IMG/VR virus record: IMGVR_UViG_3300027586_000007
Span: 17,497 to 81,496 of that record
Origin: a virus
Taxonomy: Duplodnaviria > Caudoviricetes
DNA: 64,000 bases
Strand: one strand, 5' to 3'
The translations under genes and the position numbers were made by a program. The notes under the pieces were generated by a model. It did no database searches, was not told the origin of the DNA, and saw only the letters and a program-made list of their open reading frames with translations. Of the stretch, positions 10,201 to 18,118 are shown piece after piece; the stretch's first letter is position 1, and each line of letters opens with the position of its first letter.

Positions 10201-13076
10201 AAATTAAATCAGCACTAACCCCATTGGTAACTGGTATAAAATACATAGGTTCACAGATTTCTACAACTGCTAAAGCAGTTGGTGCTCAAATAAAAGCAGC
10301 TGGTTCATATGTTAAGGGTTGGGCGGCTTCACCTCCACCTGTAGCACCAGGAGCTTATGGCGGAGCAACTCTAGGACAAAACTTTGCTGCAAACGCAAGG
10401 TATACAACTTCTAACATGCTTCATCCAATTCAATATTTAAAGAATAAAGGAATGATAAACCCAGCAACATTCGGACAAGGAGCGGTTGGAAGCACAGTTG
10501 GAATGATGGGTGGTATGGCAGTTGGCGGAATGGTTGGAGAAAAATTTGGCGGACAAAATGGTGCAATGATGGGCAGCATGGCTGGAATGATGGGCGGACA
10601 AGCAATTGTAAAGGGCATTGGTGGCAAGATTGCATCAAGAGCCGCAGCTAGCGCAGCAACAGCAGGACTGGCTTCAGCAGGTTTTGGAGCAACCGCCGCA
10701 GCAGCCGCAGGATTAGTTGCGCCGCTTGCAGCAGTAACAGCAGCAGTTTATGTTGGATATAAAGCCTGGAAACATTATAAAGAAGGACAAACTCTTAACA
10801 TATCTACATTTGGTCTTACTGCTGAAGCAGCTAAAAAAGCTAATCTAAGATTTACAGACTTTGGTTCAAAAATAAAAGATACTATTCAAGATTCAAAAGA
10901 TATGGCTGCTGCAAATAAGCTTGTGTATGAAAGCATGAAGGATGGCGGAACACCGTTCCAGATGACGATTGCAGAATATAAAAAACTAAAGGTTGAAGTT
11001 AAGGAAACATTTAGTGAGCAGATTGATGCATTAGACCGTCAGCCATCCAATAAGGTGCCAGACGCAGTTCGCAGAATTAAAGAACAGCTCATAGCAGCTG
11101 GCATGTCTGCTGAAGAAGCAACTAAAAAAGTTTATACAATGCTTCAGCTTTCAAATAAGAGCGACCAATCAATTACTGCAACAATGGGCAACGCAGACTT
11201 TAAAGCAATTACAGATCCTCAATCAGCCGCAGTATCTGCAGTTACAAGCTTTGGCAAAGACACAAAGGATCAAGGCAATAAGGAAAAAGCAGCCTCATTA
11301 AATACAGCCTTGATGGCAACTGAGACTGGAATTAATGATTTAATTGCAAAGAGAGAAAGACTAGTAGCAAAAGATTTGACTGGAAAGACTAAGTCACTAA
11401 GTTTTGCAGAAGCTGAAAAAATAATGATTGACCAGATCAATAAATCAAAGGAAGCTGGGACAATGATTACCCAGGGAACAATTGATGAAATGGCAAAAAC
11501 AAATCCAGAAGTAAAGAAAATGATCAATGGCTCAGACACAGTTGTTAGCGTATGGCAAAAAATTAGATTGCAGGCAAAAGGATTTACTGGAGATCTTTCT
11601 CAATTAAACGCTGCTCAAACACAATTAATTTCTGATTCATTTAATGCCATAGCAACATCTGTAGTTGCAACAAATTCAAGTAAAGACGGAATGTTGAGCA
11701 AGCAGTATTCTGCTCTTGGCAAACTAGAAGACAAGATTAAATCTTACACTAAGGCATTAAAGGGTCAAACAGTTTCTCAGCAGATATCTGATAGAGAAAA
11801 GATATCTGCACTAAACAAGCAAATTGAAGCTAATAATAAACTTGCAGAAGCTAGAAAGAAAGCATTATCTGCTGCACAAGCAGACGCCGACCTTGGCAGA
11901 CAGATTGAAAAAACTAGACTTGAAATGCAAAATGCTTCAGCAACTGGAGACACTCAAAAAGCTCAAGAGCTAAGGCTTGATCTAGAATCATTAACAACGC
12001 AACAGCAAACAGAATCTCAAAGTAAAGCAATTGACAAAGCGAATGAAGCTGCAAATGCACCACTTAAGGCTGCCATTGAGGCAATGGGCAATAAGCAGCA
12101 AGGTCTTGCAGATAGCGCAGCACTTGCTGGTGAAAGCTTAGATAAGGTTCGTGGTAAATACGATGAGCAAAAAGCAGCAATAGACAAGGTCAATGATTCA
12201 ATGACTGCCCTTTATGGTAATGCAGCTGCAGCTGGTAAATCAGTAGAAGAATATGTTAAGACCAATAAAGAAGCAGCAGCTGGATTAGTTGCTGCAGTAG
12301 AAGCTGCCACTGGCGAAAAAATGCCAAGGTATACTGATTTTCAAAATTATGAAGGTGGAAAAGTAGTAACTAAAAAAGTTGCAGTTTCTCCACAGGCAAA
12401 TGCACTATCAATATTAGCAAAAGCAGGAACAGGTTCTGCAGTCAACGACGCACTTGCCAATAGCATTAAGGGCGGAGCAACCCTTAAAGATGTTGTAAAT
12501 GCTGTAAAGGGTGTAGACGGAAAGCCAGCCCTAAGAAAAGATATTGCAGTTACAGGAAATTATTCAAATGCCATGGATGAAAATACATATAATGGAGTTA
12601 AGACAAAGGTTTTAAATGCACAGGCTAGAAGATCAATTGCAAATCAACAGGACCTACAAATAGGAGAAACTTTTATTTGGAATGGTCAAAGATATGGCAA
12701 GAGCAAGACAGGTGGCAATATTGTTTTCATGGGTAAGGCTGCTGCTGGTGTAAAAAGTGGAGCTAGTGGAATGTACCTTGTTGGAGAAAAGGGACCAGAA
12801 TTTGTTCACTTAAAAAACCGTGCCAACATTATGCCAAACGATGTTATGAATACATTAGCTGCTGCATCTCCAAGATACAACTTTAACAAAGCTCAATATA
12901 ATTTAAAGGACGGAACTACTTCAGGTAATTCATATGTTGTAAATCAAAATATTTATGCGTCTGAAGGAATGGATGTCGAGGCATTGTCAAATATGATTGT
13001 TAAAAAGGCTGAAGTTGTTATTGGACAAAAGGCTAAAGTTAATGTTAAAATGGTTGGACAGGGGAAGAATATATAA
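4290..13076 (+). CDS. Tape measure protein (2928 aa) with inserted accessory domains
   Basis: Follows the chaperone pair. N-terminal TMP core (AIPKAGPVVKALGG, EGGINASEGANALKS), Gly/Ala hydrophobic segments near 10490-10770, and GEKGPE motifs near 9720 and 12783. Confidence 0.92.
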   Translation: MADQNIVTNITATANFSSLTAQLQAVTTQLLKLQATTIGLNKNLTSQVGVMNRQFDETMRSTGQFARHFVTLTSDVSKFGQNLDSGRMKLGQYFRTWQGHTQKTSSLVRDLAKQQVMLENAIIQPLGKNAQGLMQYNVMVQSGLDATKNKSALLRQELSIMNKVMMDGSNQLINWGKNTQWAGRQLTVGLTVPLAAFGMAAAKAFRQADEELVRLTKVYGGLTATSSADLLKVRKDVSALSRELASGLGANFTETIALAADIAATGKEGVDLLDSTRQTTRLAILGEVDRQEAMKATLSIQTAFGQSTEELAQSIDFLNAVENQTSTSLADLVEAIPKAGPVVKALGGDVQDLALYLTAMREGGINASEGANALKSALASIINPTKVAKEQFMGMGIDLAGIVNKNAGNLTGTIMALKDSLDSLQPLQRARAIEQLFGKFQFARINALFENLGKEGSQTLQVLDLMKASTQDLASISERELKAMTESASGKYRRALEAVKADLAVIGEQFLKVGTFVLNAIDGIVKFIGNLPGPIKAVLGFIGSLTAIAGPIIMLTGVLANFFGYIIKGIFALKNIGKGGTGFKLLTPELMAASNAAKTVEQSFYSDTKAAATFSDAVLTLAASFDKLKLSAMSSTVATSNSMSTVAGSPVLRGGGRIVDKDNPLVGRPYSRDMSHVIPTGSKTAEQRAGETIFSTVPGPKPVNLRLSNSPQTYMNDDLPRIPGVTSVNGVSNGIVAAEAAKWHSMTAAIAMQSKAELALLKTEVAATGTVTASLTDSYQALLPQMTKITSLAADETALIVKQLQAGKITVEAARAKIFALNAQVEAMMVQTAQGVAAAQARTISLTTVPLTTQPVVSAAGKSNMKELFHKSETSKLVDSIARGLGVRTSGAGYSIQTTKPRFNEGGKVEKFSANKTRVTGPASIDYDDRMGSVPLGGYVLNQEASLDPRNAALVAAAPSTHKDSGSNITALLTPQETVFGPGLQNNPELFRAVDAANNGTPLQANMAGGNITLSRSNYGLVPPSAAIIRGLFTSNRTAYRKQLVTLAEKRNLERAAVRERDAQYVGGYGSRSWLARGATTRSVLNDYIKSLPAGERRRAASILEDFSGSIRTGRGGMDKGFARDTFTIEPGHLERGGALDKLLAKNKLPPLDLERITHATHLTRASVRDGRRFVSKYTVDYDSRSNLQANHGTLIAKNFLERNMSRTGKYDTIMQRAGVHRSKWSDTEKEIDAKIAASLKGKESKKIGDEKGDITFDSFIPFIDSSIVAAGGSAAKLKLLKRNVVERKNAGGMIGGSVTKGKRSYGRPLFLGMPRRIKDVEQQRKARLHMEEINTGLKNSRFASMEPTDFGKLITPTSGRSFPVPGIGGVYEKPDGTRVFVKPVMDETAALAEQRATIIARQAHGLNSPQQSIRTMIDPTDPTGKRKLIVLESPYNEAFAKQSADFTKKDYFKQLVAANLRGDKDLGRGNLYGGTLADVGTAGVFKTASGKRAYEPEMISMSDQARINLLGVRGGAKRFFAESTLNIPKGMTPKQYHEAMIAEIDTVLPALKKTISQFNLNAEESAVYASMIRRLEQGRNVNWQEFHGIHSAVKPANGVALTPAALKKLKEEAELRIRQKGHAISLADNSFKTPLNGFNHGGTIGNVLKGLAMRRIGAGFGPTGAPKPSAYESAPWGVNSLSIEMANTLFASSGLRKHTQKLLYDKFAAAMAREKPYGYVKDAQGSLKNALEPSSLDSVIRQAASDLVGDRNLLRQLSPIDKDILRNKYLNWDSRKDTPMTAELKKKIFSIDGKREMGGPVSPGQNYVVGEKGPEIFSPSQSGKIIPGYEIGGVIRYGKDSYGRKGNPAARAAQERAKAERAAAYVPAPVEAPERKPGPLTGSKTTVVGNGGVRTNQYGVQGSLPYMPGLTLGHAALNRTQAALLSAAKQIEMSLFAFGTSVKKDALMTGRVIKYSGDQLVVGARMLPGQIKSALTPLVTGIKYIGSQISTTAKAVGAQIKAAGSYVKGWAASPPPVAPGAYGGATLGQNFAANARYTTSNMLHPIQYLKNKGMINPATFGQGAVGSTVGMMGGMAVGGMVGEKFGGQNGAMMGSMAGMMGGQAIVKGIGGKIASRAAASAATAGLASAGFGATAAAAAGLVAPLAAVTAAVYVGYKAWKHYKEGQTLNISTFGLTAEAAKKANLRFTDFGSKIKDTIQDSKDMAAANKLVYESMKDGGTPFQMTIAEYKKLKVEVKETFSEQIDALDRQPSNKVPDAVRRIKEQLIAAGMSAEEATKKVYTMLQLSNKSDQSITATMGNADFKAITDPQSAAVSAVTSFGKDTKDQGNKEKAASLNTALMATETGINDLIAKRERLVAKDLTGKTKSLSFAEAEKIMIDQINKSKEAGTMITQGTIDEMAKTNPEVKKMINGSDTVVSVWQKIRLQAKGFTGDLSQLNAAQTQLISDSFNAIATSVVATNSSKDGMLSKQYSALGKLEDKIKSYTKALKGQTVSQQISDREKISALNKQIEANNKLAEARKKALSAAQADADLGRQIEKTRLEMQNASATGDTQKAQELRLDLESLTTQQQTESQSKAIDKANEAANAPLKAAIEAMGNKQQGLADSAALAGESLDKVRGKYDEQKAAIDKVNDSMTALYGNAAAAGKSVEEYVKTNKEAAAGLVAAVEAATGEKMPRYTDFQNYEGGKVVTKKVAVSPQANALSILAKAGTGSAVNDALANSIKGGATLKDVVNAVKGVDGKPALRKDIAVTGNYSNAMDENTYNGVKTKVLNAQARRSIANQQDLQIGETFIWNGQRYGKSKTGGNIVFMGKAAAGVKSGASGMYLVGEKGPEFVHLKNRANIMPNDVMNTLAAASPRYNFNKAQYNLKDGTTSGNSYVVNQNIYASEGMDVEALSNMIVKKAEVVIGQKAKVNVKMVGQGKNI

Positions 13077-13525
13077 TGGCAGCTTTAGTTTTACCAGTAG
13101 GCTCAGCACTGTTTATACAGGATGCCAATGGCGTATGGCAAAAATTAACTGAACATAATAGGTCACCAATATCCGTAGACGTTCAACGTTTTGAGCAGAC
13201 CGCTAGAATGGCCAATGGAAGCCTTAGAAAGCTGTTTATAGCCGATAAGAAGAACATATCTACCTCCTGGAGCATGGTTCCTTCATACTCTACTATGACC
13301 GTTGATGCGGGCTGGGGAGCGGAAGACATAAAGACATTCTATTTAAGCGCTAAAGGTCAAGGTACATTTAATGCCAGAATAGCTTATAACACAGCCAGAA
13401 CCGAAGATTTCGTTGCAAGCTTTACTTCATGTTCATTTAATTTAATTAAAAGAAATGTAAAGGACAAAGTAGCGGATACAGCACAGGCATTTTGGGATGT
13501 AACTATTGCACTGGAAGAAGTATAA
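13076..13525 (+). CDS. Distal tail/minor tail protein (putative)
   Basis: 149 aa, translationally coupled to the TMP; assigned by synteny. Confidence 0.55.
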   Translation: MAALVLPVGSALFIQDANGVWQKLTEHNRSPISVDVQRFEQTARMANGSLRKLFIADKKNISTSWSMVPSYSTMTVDAGWGAEDIKTFYLSAKGQGTFNARIAYNTARTEDFVASFTSCSFNLIKRNVKDKVADTAQAFWDVTIALEEV

Positions 13526-16500
13526 TGCAATCAGTAAGCCAAACAACTTTAGATAAACTTAATACATCTGCTTCATATTCAATGTCAGGCGGATGCTGGC
13601 TAGAATATAATATGAACGATTTAATAGATAAAGCAGCAGTTACAGCCACACCAGCCGATACTGCAACTCAAACAGATCCAATTACTGGCAAGACATACCA
13701 GCCATTTAAAAAATTATTCCCCCTAACAAGTATAATAGATCCAAGAAGACCTGGAGTAGCAGGCATTAATTATTTTATATTAAATCAAAATGTTACAAAT
13801 AGCATACCTAAATATAATGTTTCATCAGACCTTCCAGTAAGAACTTATTTTTCAAGCCCAAAGAATCAATATAAATTTTGGGTTTCACCCAAGGCTGGCG
13901 GAACAACATTAAGCAATTTTAGTTTTAGCGTAGACTACCCAGTATCACAGACTGCTGTTGCAAATACGATACTTGTTAAATTTGAGACATCTTATTCTAA
14001 GCCGTCTACATGGTCTATTAAAATACAAGATCACGCTGGCACTGAAGCAACAATATCTACAAATGGAGTTGTTCCAGACAATGGGGTATTTCAACTTTAT
14101 TATAACGGAGGCACTTGGTCAAGTGCGTCTTCATGGTCTACTACAAAATTTACAACGCCGTCTGTTCCAGTTAATGTTAAAAAAATTATTGTAGCAGTAA
14201 ATACAATTAGCGTGGCCAACTCCTACCTTGGAGTTATAGAAGTGGGTGCAAGATATATTCAAGATGTATCAAATAGAATAGTTTCTTTTCAAGTTTCAAA
14301 AACTTCATCTGATGACTCATCTGGCATTGTCCCAGTTGGATCAGTGACATCAAATGCCTTATCAATTTCACTAGAAGGATATGATAAAAAGGGTATTGAG
14401 TATGATAAGACAATGCCATTTAACAAAGACAACATCAATCTGTACAAGAACGTGAAGGTCTCCCCATTCAATAAAATAGGAGACGATGTTATTCCACAAG
14501 GAGTATTCTACATAGACTCATTCACTTTGTCAGAATTTGGAGACATTGACATACAGGGATTAGATGGAGCAAAGTTTCTACAAGAAATCCTAGCGCCAGA
14601 TATTGTAATTCAAAATGCTCCATCACAGGCAATCATAAGAAGGCTTCTAGATAGCGTAGGGTTTACTCAATATAATTTTAATACATACGGCAAGGGGAAT
14701 GCGGATAAGGTTGACTCCGCTACTATAGTCCCACTGTATTGGTTTACAGAAGATACAAAAACAGTATGGCAACACATACAAGAGTTGTGCAAAGACACAC
14801 AAATGATAGCAACATTTGATAATAATGATATGCTTCAGTTTTATCCTAGAGACTACTTATTTGATAAAACAAGAGCGTCTAGTTTTAAATTTAGAAGTGA
14901 AACTAAGGGAGTCAATATCCCAAACATTATATCCTTAAGTAAAGAAACAGTGCCATCTGTTAAAGCAGTAAAAGTAATATACACCCCAATCATTAGCACA
15001 AACTATCAGGGTTCATCAGATAACCTTTATGTTTCTCCGCCAGCCGCAATCGGTGCAGCCGCACTACAAAATACACTTCTAGCAACAGCTCCAGCCGAAA
15101 CAGATGCTCCAAAAGGAGTCGTCTCACTTGCGCCAATCAGCGTGTACAGCAATTTAGCAGACACATCTTTTTACAATAAGTCTGGTTACTTTTTGATTAA
15201 TAATGAAATTATTGAATATGATGCTATTGAATTTCAATACGAACCACTATCTGCTCCTAATACAGTTATAAAAAAGTGGATAACTTCTGACTCAGACATT
15301 GCAAAGTTTCTTGGAGAAAGCAAAATCAATTCTTTTAATCCTACTTTAAGATACAGAATTAAAGAAAGAAACGCATTTAATGCAACTGGGAAGGGTGTGA
15401 GTGTCGGAGAAACACACAATGTAAATATTGATGACTTAAAGGGGGAGTGGCTAGGATCTAAGTTAAATTTATCTGCAAAAACAAACGCTGCAGACCCAGG
15501 AGTATTTTCATTAAGACAAACTGATGGATCTGGAAAATCTGTATCTAGATCATTGCTTACAATCGTTGCTCCCACATCTTCCAAGGAATACTATTGCGCC
15601 ACAATATTACCAACTCCTAGCTTTACAACACAAACATATTTTTCAATAGGAACAGCCCTATTCTTTAAGCTTGCAAAAAACAGCAACGGCAGAACAACAG
15701 GAGAACAATTTGTTTCTGCTGGATTGGGTATAGGTCTTTCTGAAAACCTATTAAACGGATATATTTTAAAGGTTGGAACTTCACAAAATGTTGCAAACAA
15801 AGGATTAAAGTATAGAGATGTTCAATTAGTTAAAGTTGTAAATGGAGTAGAGACTCCTGTTTCTGATACTCAAACAACAGAAGATAATTCAATTACTGGT
15901 GTCTCTGGTGGAGAATTCTATAGAATAGACGTCAGAGTGTCTAAAGCCACTGCTGGTAAATTAATATTTAAGATTAAATTTAACAACTCAGTAATAACCG
16001 CAACAGACTCTTCACCATTAACTTTAAATAATAGAATATCTTTAATTGGAATACAAGGAGAGTCCTCTTTTGATTATGTATATACAGCATCTTTAAAGAA
16101 AGAAGATTTTGCTGGCTCATACTCTTATGACAACTACGGCTCATACGTTGGATCTGCAACAGAACTTAAAAATGTATTTGGTGACTTTACTGCAATTGGA
16201 GAAGCATCAACCTTAGCTGGGCCATGGATAAAAGAATTTGGACCAGTGGCAAGAGAAATTAAAAAGATATCAACTAGGTATGCAACAAGACCAGGTTTTG
16301 TAAAATATCCTCAAATTATATTAAACCCCAATGTAACCTTACTTGGGTATGACGCAAACTCATTTGGAATTGATGCTTATATATTAAATAACACTGGAGC
16401 GTTTGTCGACTTGGCAGACGGCGGTCAGAAGAGTTTTATTGTAGTAGGAGAAACAGTTGCCCCGTTAGATCCGTTTGAGTACTTAGACCCAGACTTATCT

Positions 16501-16806
16501 GCAACTAAAAATGATGAGCAGGTAGCATTTGAATCCATGTGGATACAAAAAGAGTCTGAGGCAAAAGAGCTTTCCAAATGGATGAGAACTCAATGGTCCA
16601 AGCAACAAACAGTTATTCAAATAGATGTTTTCCCAAACCCCATTATTGAAACAGGAGATGTGGTTGAAATATCTTATCCAAATAACATGTTGTATTCCAC
16701 AGAAGACGCTGGAAAAACGGCTGGCAAATATATAGTTTTAGATATTGAGCAGGGATATAGCCAAACACCATCTACAAAGCTTACCTGTAGGTCGATTTAT
16801 GTTTAA
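13525..16806 (+). CDS. Large minor tail/baseplate hub protein
   Basis: The likely start is ATG 13525 (TAATG coupling). About 1093 aa, with a C-terminal hub-like motif (NPIIETGDVVEISY). Confidence 0.7.
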   Translation: MQSVSQTTLDKLNTSASYSMSGGCWLEYNMNDLIDKAAVTATPADTATQTDPITGKTYQPFKKLFPLTSIIDPRRPGVAGINYFILNQNVTNSIPKYNVSSDLPVRTYFSSPKNQYKFWVSPKAGGTTLSNFSFSVDYPVSQTAVANTILVKFETSYSKPSTWSIKIQDHAGTEATISTNGVVPDNGVFQLYYNGGTWSSASSWSTTKFTTPSVPVNVKKIIVAVNTISVANSYLGVIEVGARYIQDVSNRIVSFQVSKTSSDDSSGIVPVGSVTSNALSISLEGYDKKGIEYDKTMPFNKDNINLYKNVKVSPFNKIGDDVIPQGVFYIDSFTLSEFGDIDIQGLDGAKFLQEILAPDIVIQNAPSQAIIRRLLDSVGFTQYNFNTYGKGNADKVDSATIVPLYWFTEDTKTVWQHIQELCKDTQMIATFDNNDMLQFYPRDYLFDKTRASSFKFRSETKGVNIPNIISLSKETVPSVKAVKVIYTPIISTNYQGSSDNLYVSPPAAIGAAALQNTLLATAPAETDAPKGVVSLAPISVYSNLADTSFYNKSGYFLINNEIIEYDAIEFQYEPLSAPNTVIKKWITSDSDIAKFLGESKINSFNPTLRYRIKERNAFNATGKGVSVGETHNVNIDDLKGEWLGSKLNLSAKTNAADPGVFSLRQTDGSGKSVSRSLLTIVAPTSSKEYYCATILPTPSFTTQTYFSIGTALFFKLAKNSNGRTTGEQFVSAGLGIGLSENLLNGYILKVGTSQNVANKGLKYRDVQLVKVVNGVETPVSDTQTTEDNSITGVSGGEFYRIDVRVSKATAGKLIFKIKFNNSVITATDSSPLTLNNRISLIGIQGESSFDYVYTASLKKEDFAGSYSYDNYGSYVGSATELKNVFGDFTAIGEASTLAGPWIKEFGPVAREIKKISTRYATRPGFVKYPQIILNPNVTLLGYDANSFGIDAYILNNTGAFVDLADGGQKSFIVVGETVAPLDPFEYLDPDLSATKNDEQVAFESMWIQKESEAKELSKWMRTQWSKQQTVIQIDVFPNPIIETGDVVEISYPNNMLYSTEDAGKTAGKYIVLDIEQGYSQTPSTKLTCRSIYV

Positions 16807-16826
16807 TGAAATGGTAGAATCTTAAT

Positions 16827-17234
16827 ATGGCTACAAAAAAACCAAGAATAGGAAAGTCACAGGTTGCTGGTGGAGTTAAGGTCCAGCTACCACTAGACTC
16901 ACCCCTAATTGGAGTATTAAAAACAGATCAATATGATGTTGTAAATGTATACAGCAATAAGGTAGACAAGACATATGTTGCTTCTTCTCCAGCTGATGGT
17001 GAGGGTGATGAAGGTGATGATGATGATAATTATACGGAACCAATAGAAACATCTGATGCACCAAATTTAGAAGACATAGTTTTAATTGGAACCACTGGTA
17101 AAAGATATTCTTCTGGACAAACAATAACTGACCCAGAGATATACTATGATGCAAATAACAATAGACTACTCAAGGTAACTTTTGAAGTTAAGAACAGTGT
17201 TGGAGAAATTGTAAAGGGAGTAGTAATAATATGA
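16827..17234 (+). CDS. Hypothetical tail-region protein
   Basis: ORF preceded by TGGTAGAAT-N6-ATG (leaderless); contains an acidic tract. Confidence 0.55.
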   Translation: MATKKPRIGKSQVAGGVKVQLPLDSPLIGVLKTDQYDVVNVYSNKVDKTYVASSPADGEGDEGDDDDNYTEPIETSDAPNLEDIVLIGTTGKRYSSGQTITDPEIYYDANNNRLLKVTFEVKNSVGEIVKGVVII

Positions 17235-18118
17235 TAACGAAATTTGGAAAAAGATTTATAACATCCTACTTGGCAAGTGGACTTAACTTTAATCAAAAAG
17301 ATATTGCAATAGGAATAGGGTCACAAGCTCCCACATTAAATGACTCAGACATGCAGTTTGAATTTTATAGATCAGGAGTTTTTCTTGGAAGCTCCGACAT
17401 ACAAACCAACACAGCAACTGGAGTAACAACGTATTCTGTTGTTTATAAAACTACACTGCCTACAGATGTTGAAGGAGTAATATCAGAGATTGGAATTTTC
17501 CCAACTGGATTTTTACAAAATACAGACTATTCTTCTAAGTACATATCTTCTTTTGAAAACACAACAGACTGGAAAGATTCAAGCGGAGCACAGCCAATAT
17601 CAGTATCAACGCCAACTCCTAGGATAGGCTCTTCATATTTTTCTATTACTGCAGCAAGCAATCAATCAAAATCATATAGCCTGGATACCGTTTTTGATCT
17701 TGCTGGATATGGAGTTGAAGACAGTATTTCACTTGCTTTTTATCAATCAGATTTAAACTTAGATTATATTTATGTTAGATTTTACAGCTCACCAACTAGC
17801 TATAAAGAAATAAGATTTGCAGCAACAACATCTATAGGACATAAAATTTTATCACTTAAATTATCCAGCCTATTTAACTCTACATTTTCATCTGCTGGAG
17901 CAACAGATTTCTCTAAAATTACTGTAATAGAGGTAGGCGCCAAAGCTAAGTCATCTGGCGCAACAAATGTTTTATTAGATGGATTAAGACTAAATGACGA
18001 AGACAGATACAATAGCCAATATGGATTAATTAGTAGATCGGTTCTATCCACACCATTGGTAAAGACACTTGGTGTAGAGATGGACATTGAATATAAGATA
18101 GACCTAGGGTTCTTATAA
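17231..18118 (+). CDS. Minor tail protein
   Basis: ATGA coupling; beta-rich; lies within the tail module. Confidence 0.55.
   Translation: MITKFGKRFITSYLASGLNFNQKDIAIGIGSQAPTLNDSDMQFEFYRSGVFLGSSDIQTNTATGVTTYSVVYKTTLPTDVEGVISEIGIFPTGFLQNTDYSSKYISSFENTTDWKDSSGAQPISVSTPTPRIGSSYFSITAASNQSKSYSLDTVFDLAGYGVEDSISLAFYQSDLNLDYIYVRFYSSPTSYKEIRFAATTSIGHKILSLKLSSLFNSTFSSAGATDFSKITVIEVGAKAKSSGATNVLLDGLRLNDEDRYNSQYGLISRSVLSTPLVKTLGVEMDIEYKIDLGFL

Noticed and set aside
13492-13524. Upstream extension of the large minor tail protein (also 26963, 24725, 24937, 38349, 59760 starts in the ORF track)
   Set aside because: Downstream ATGs with TAATG/ATGA coupling or an SD are more plausible starts.
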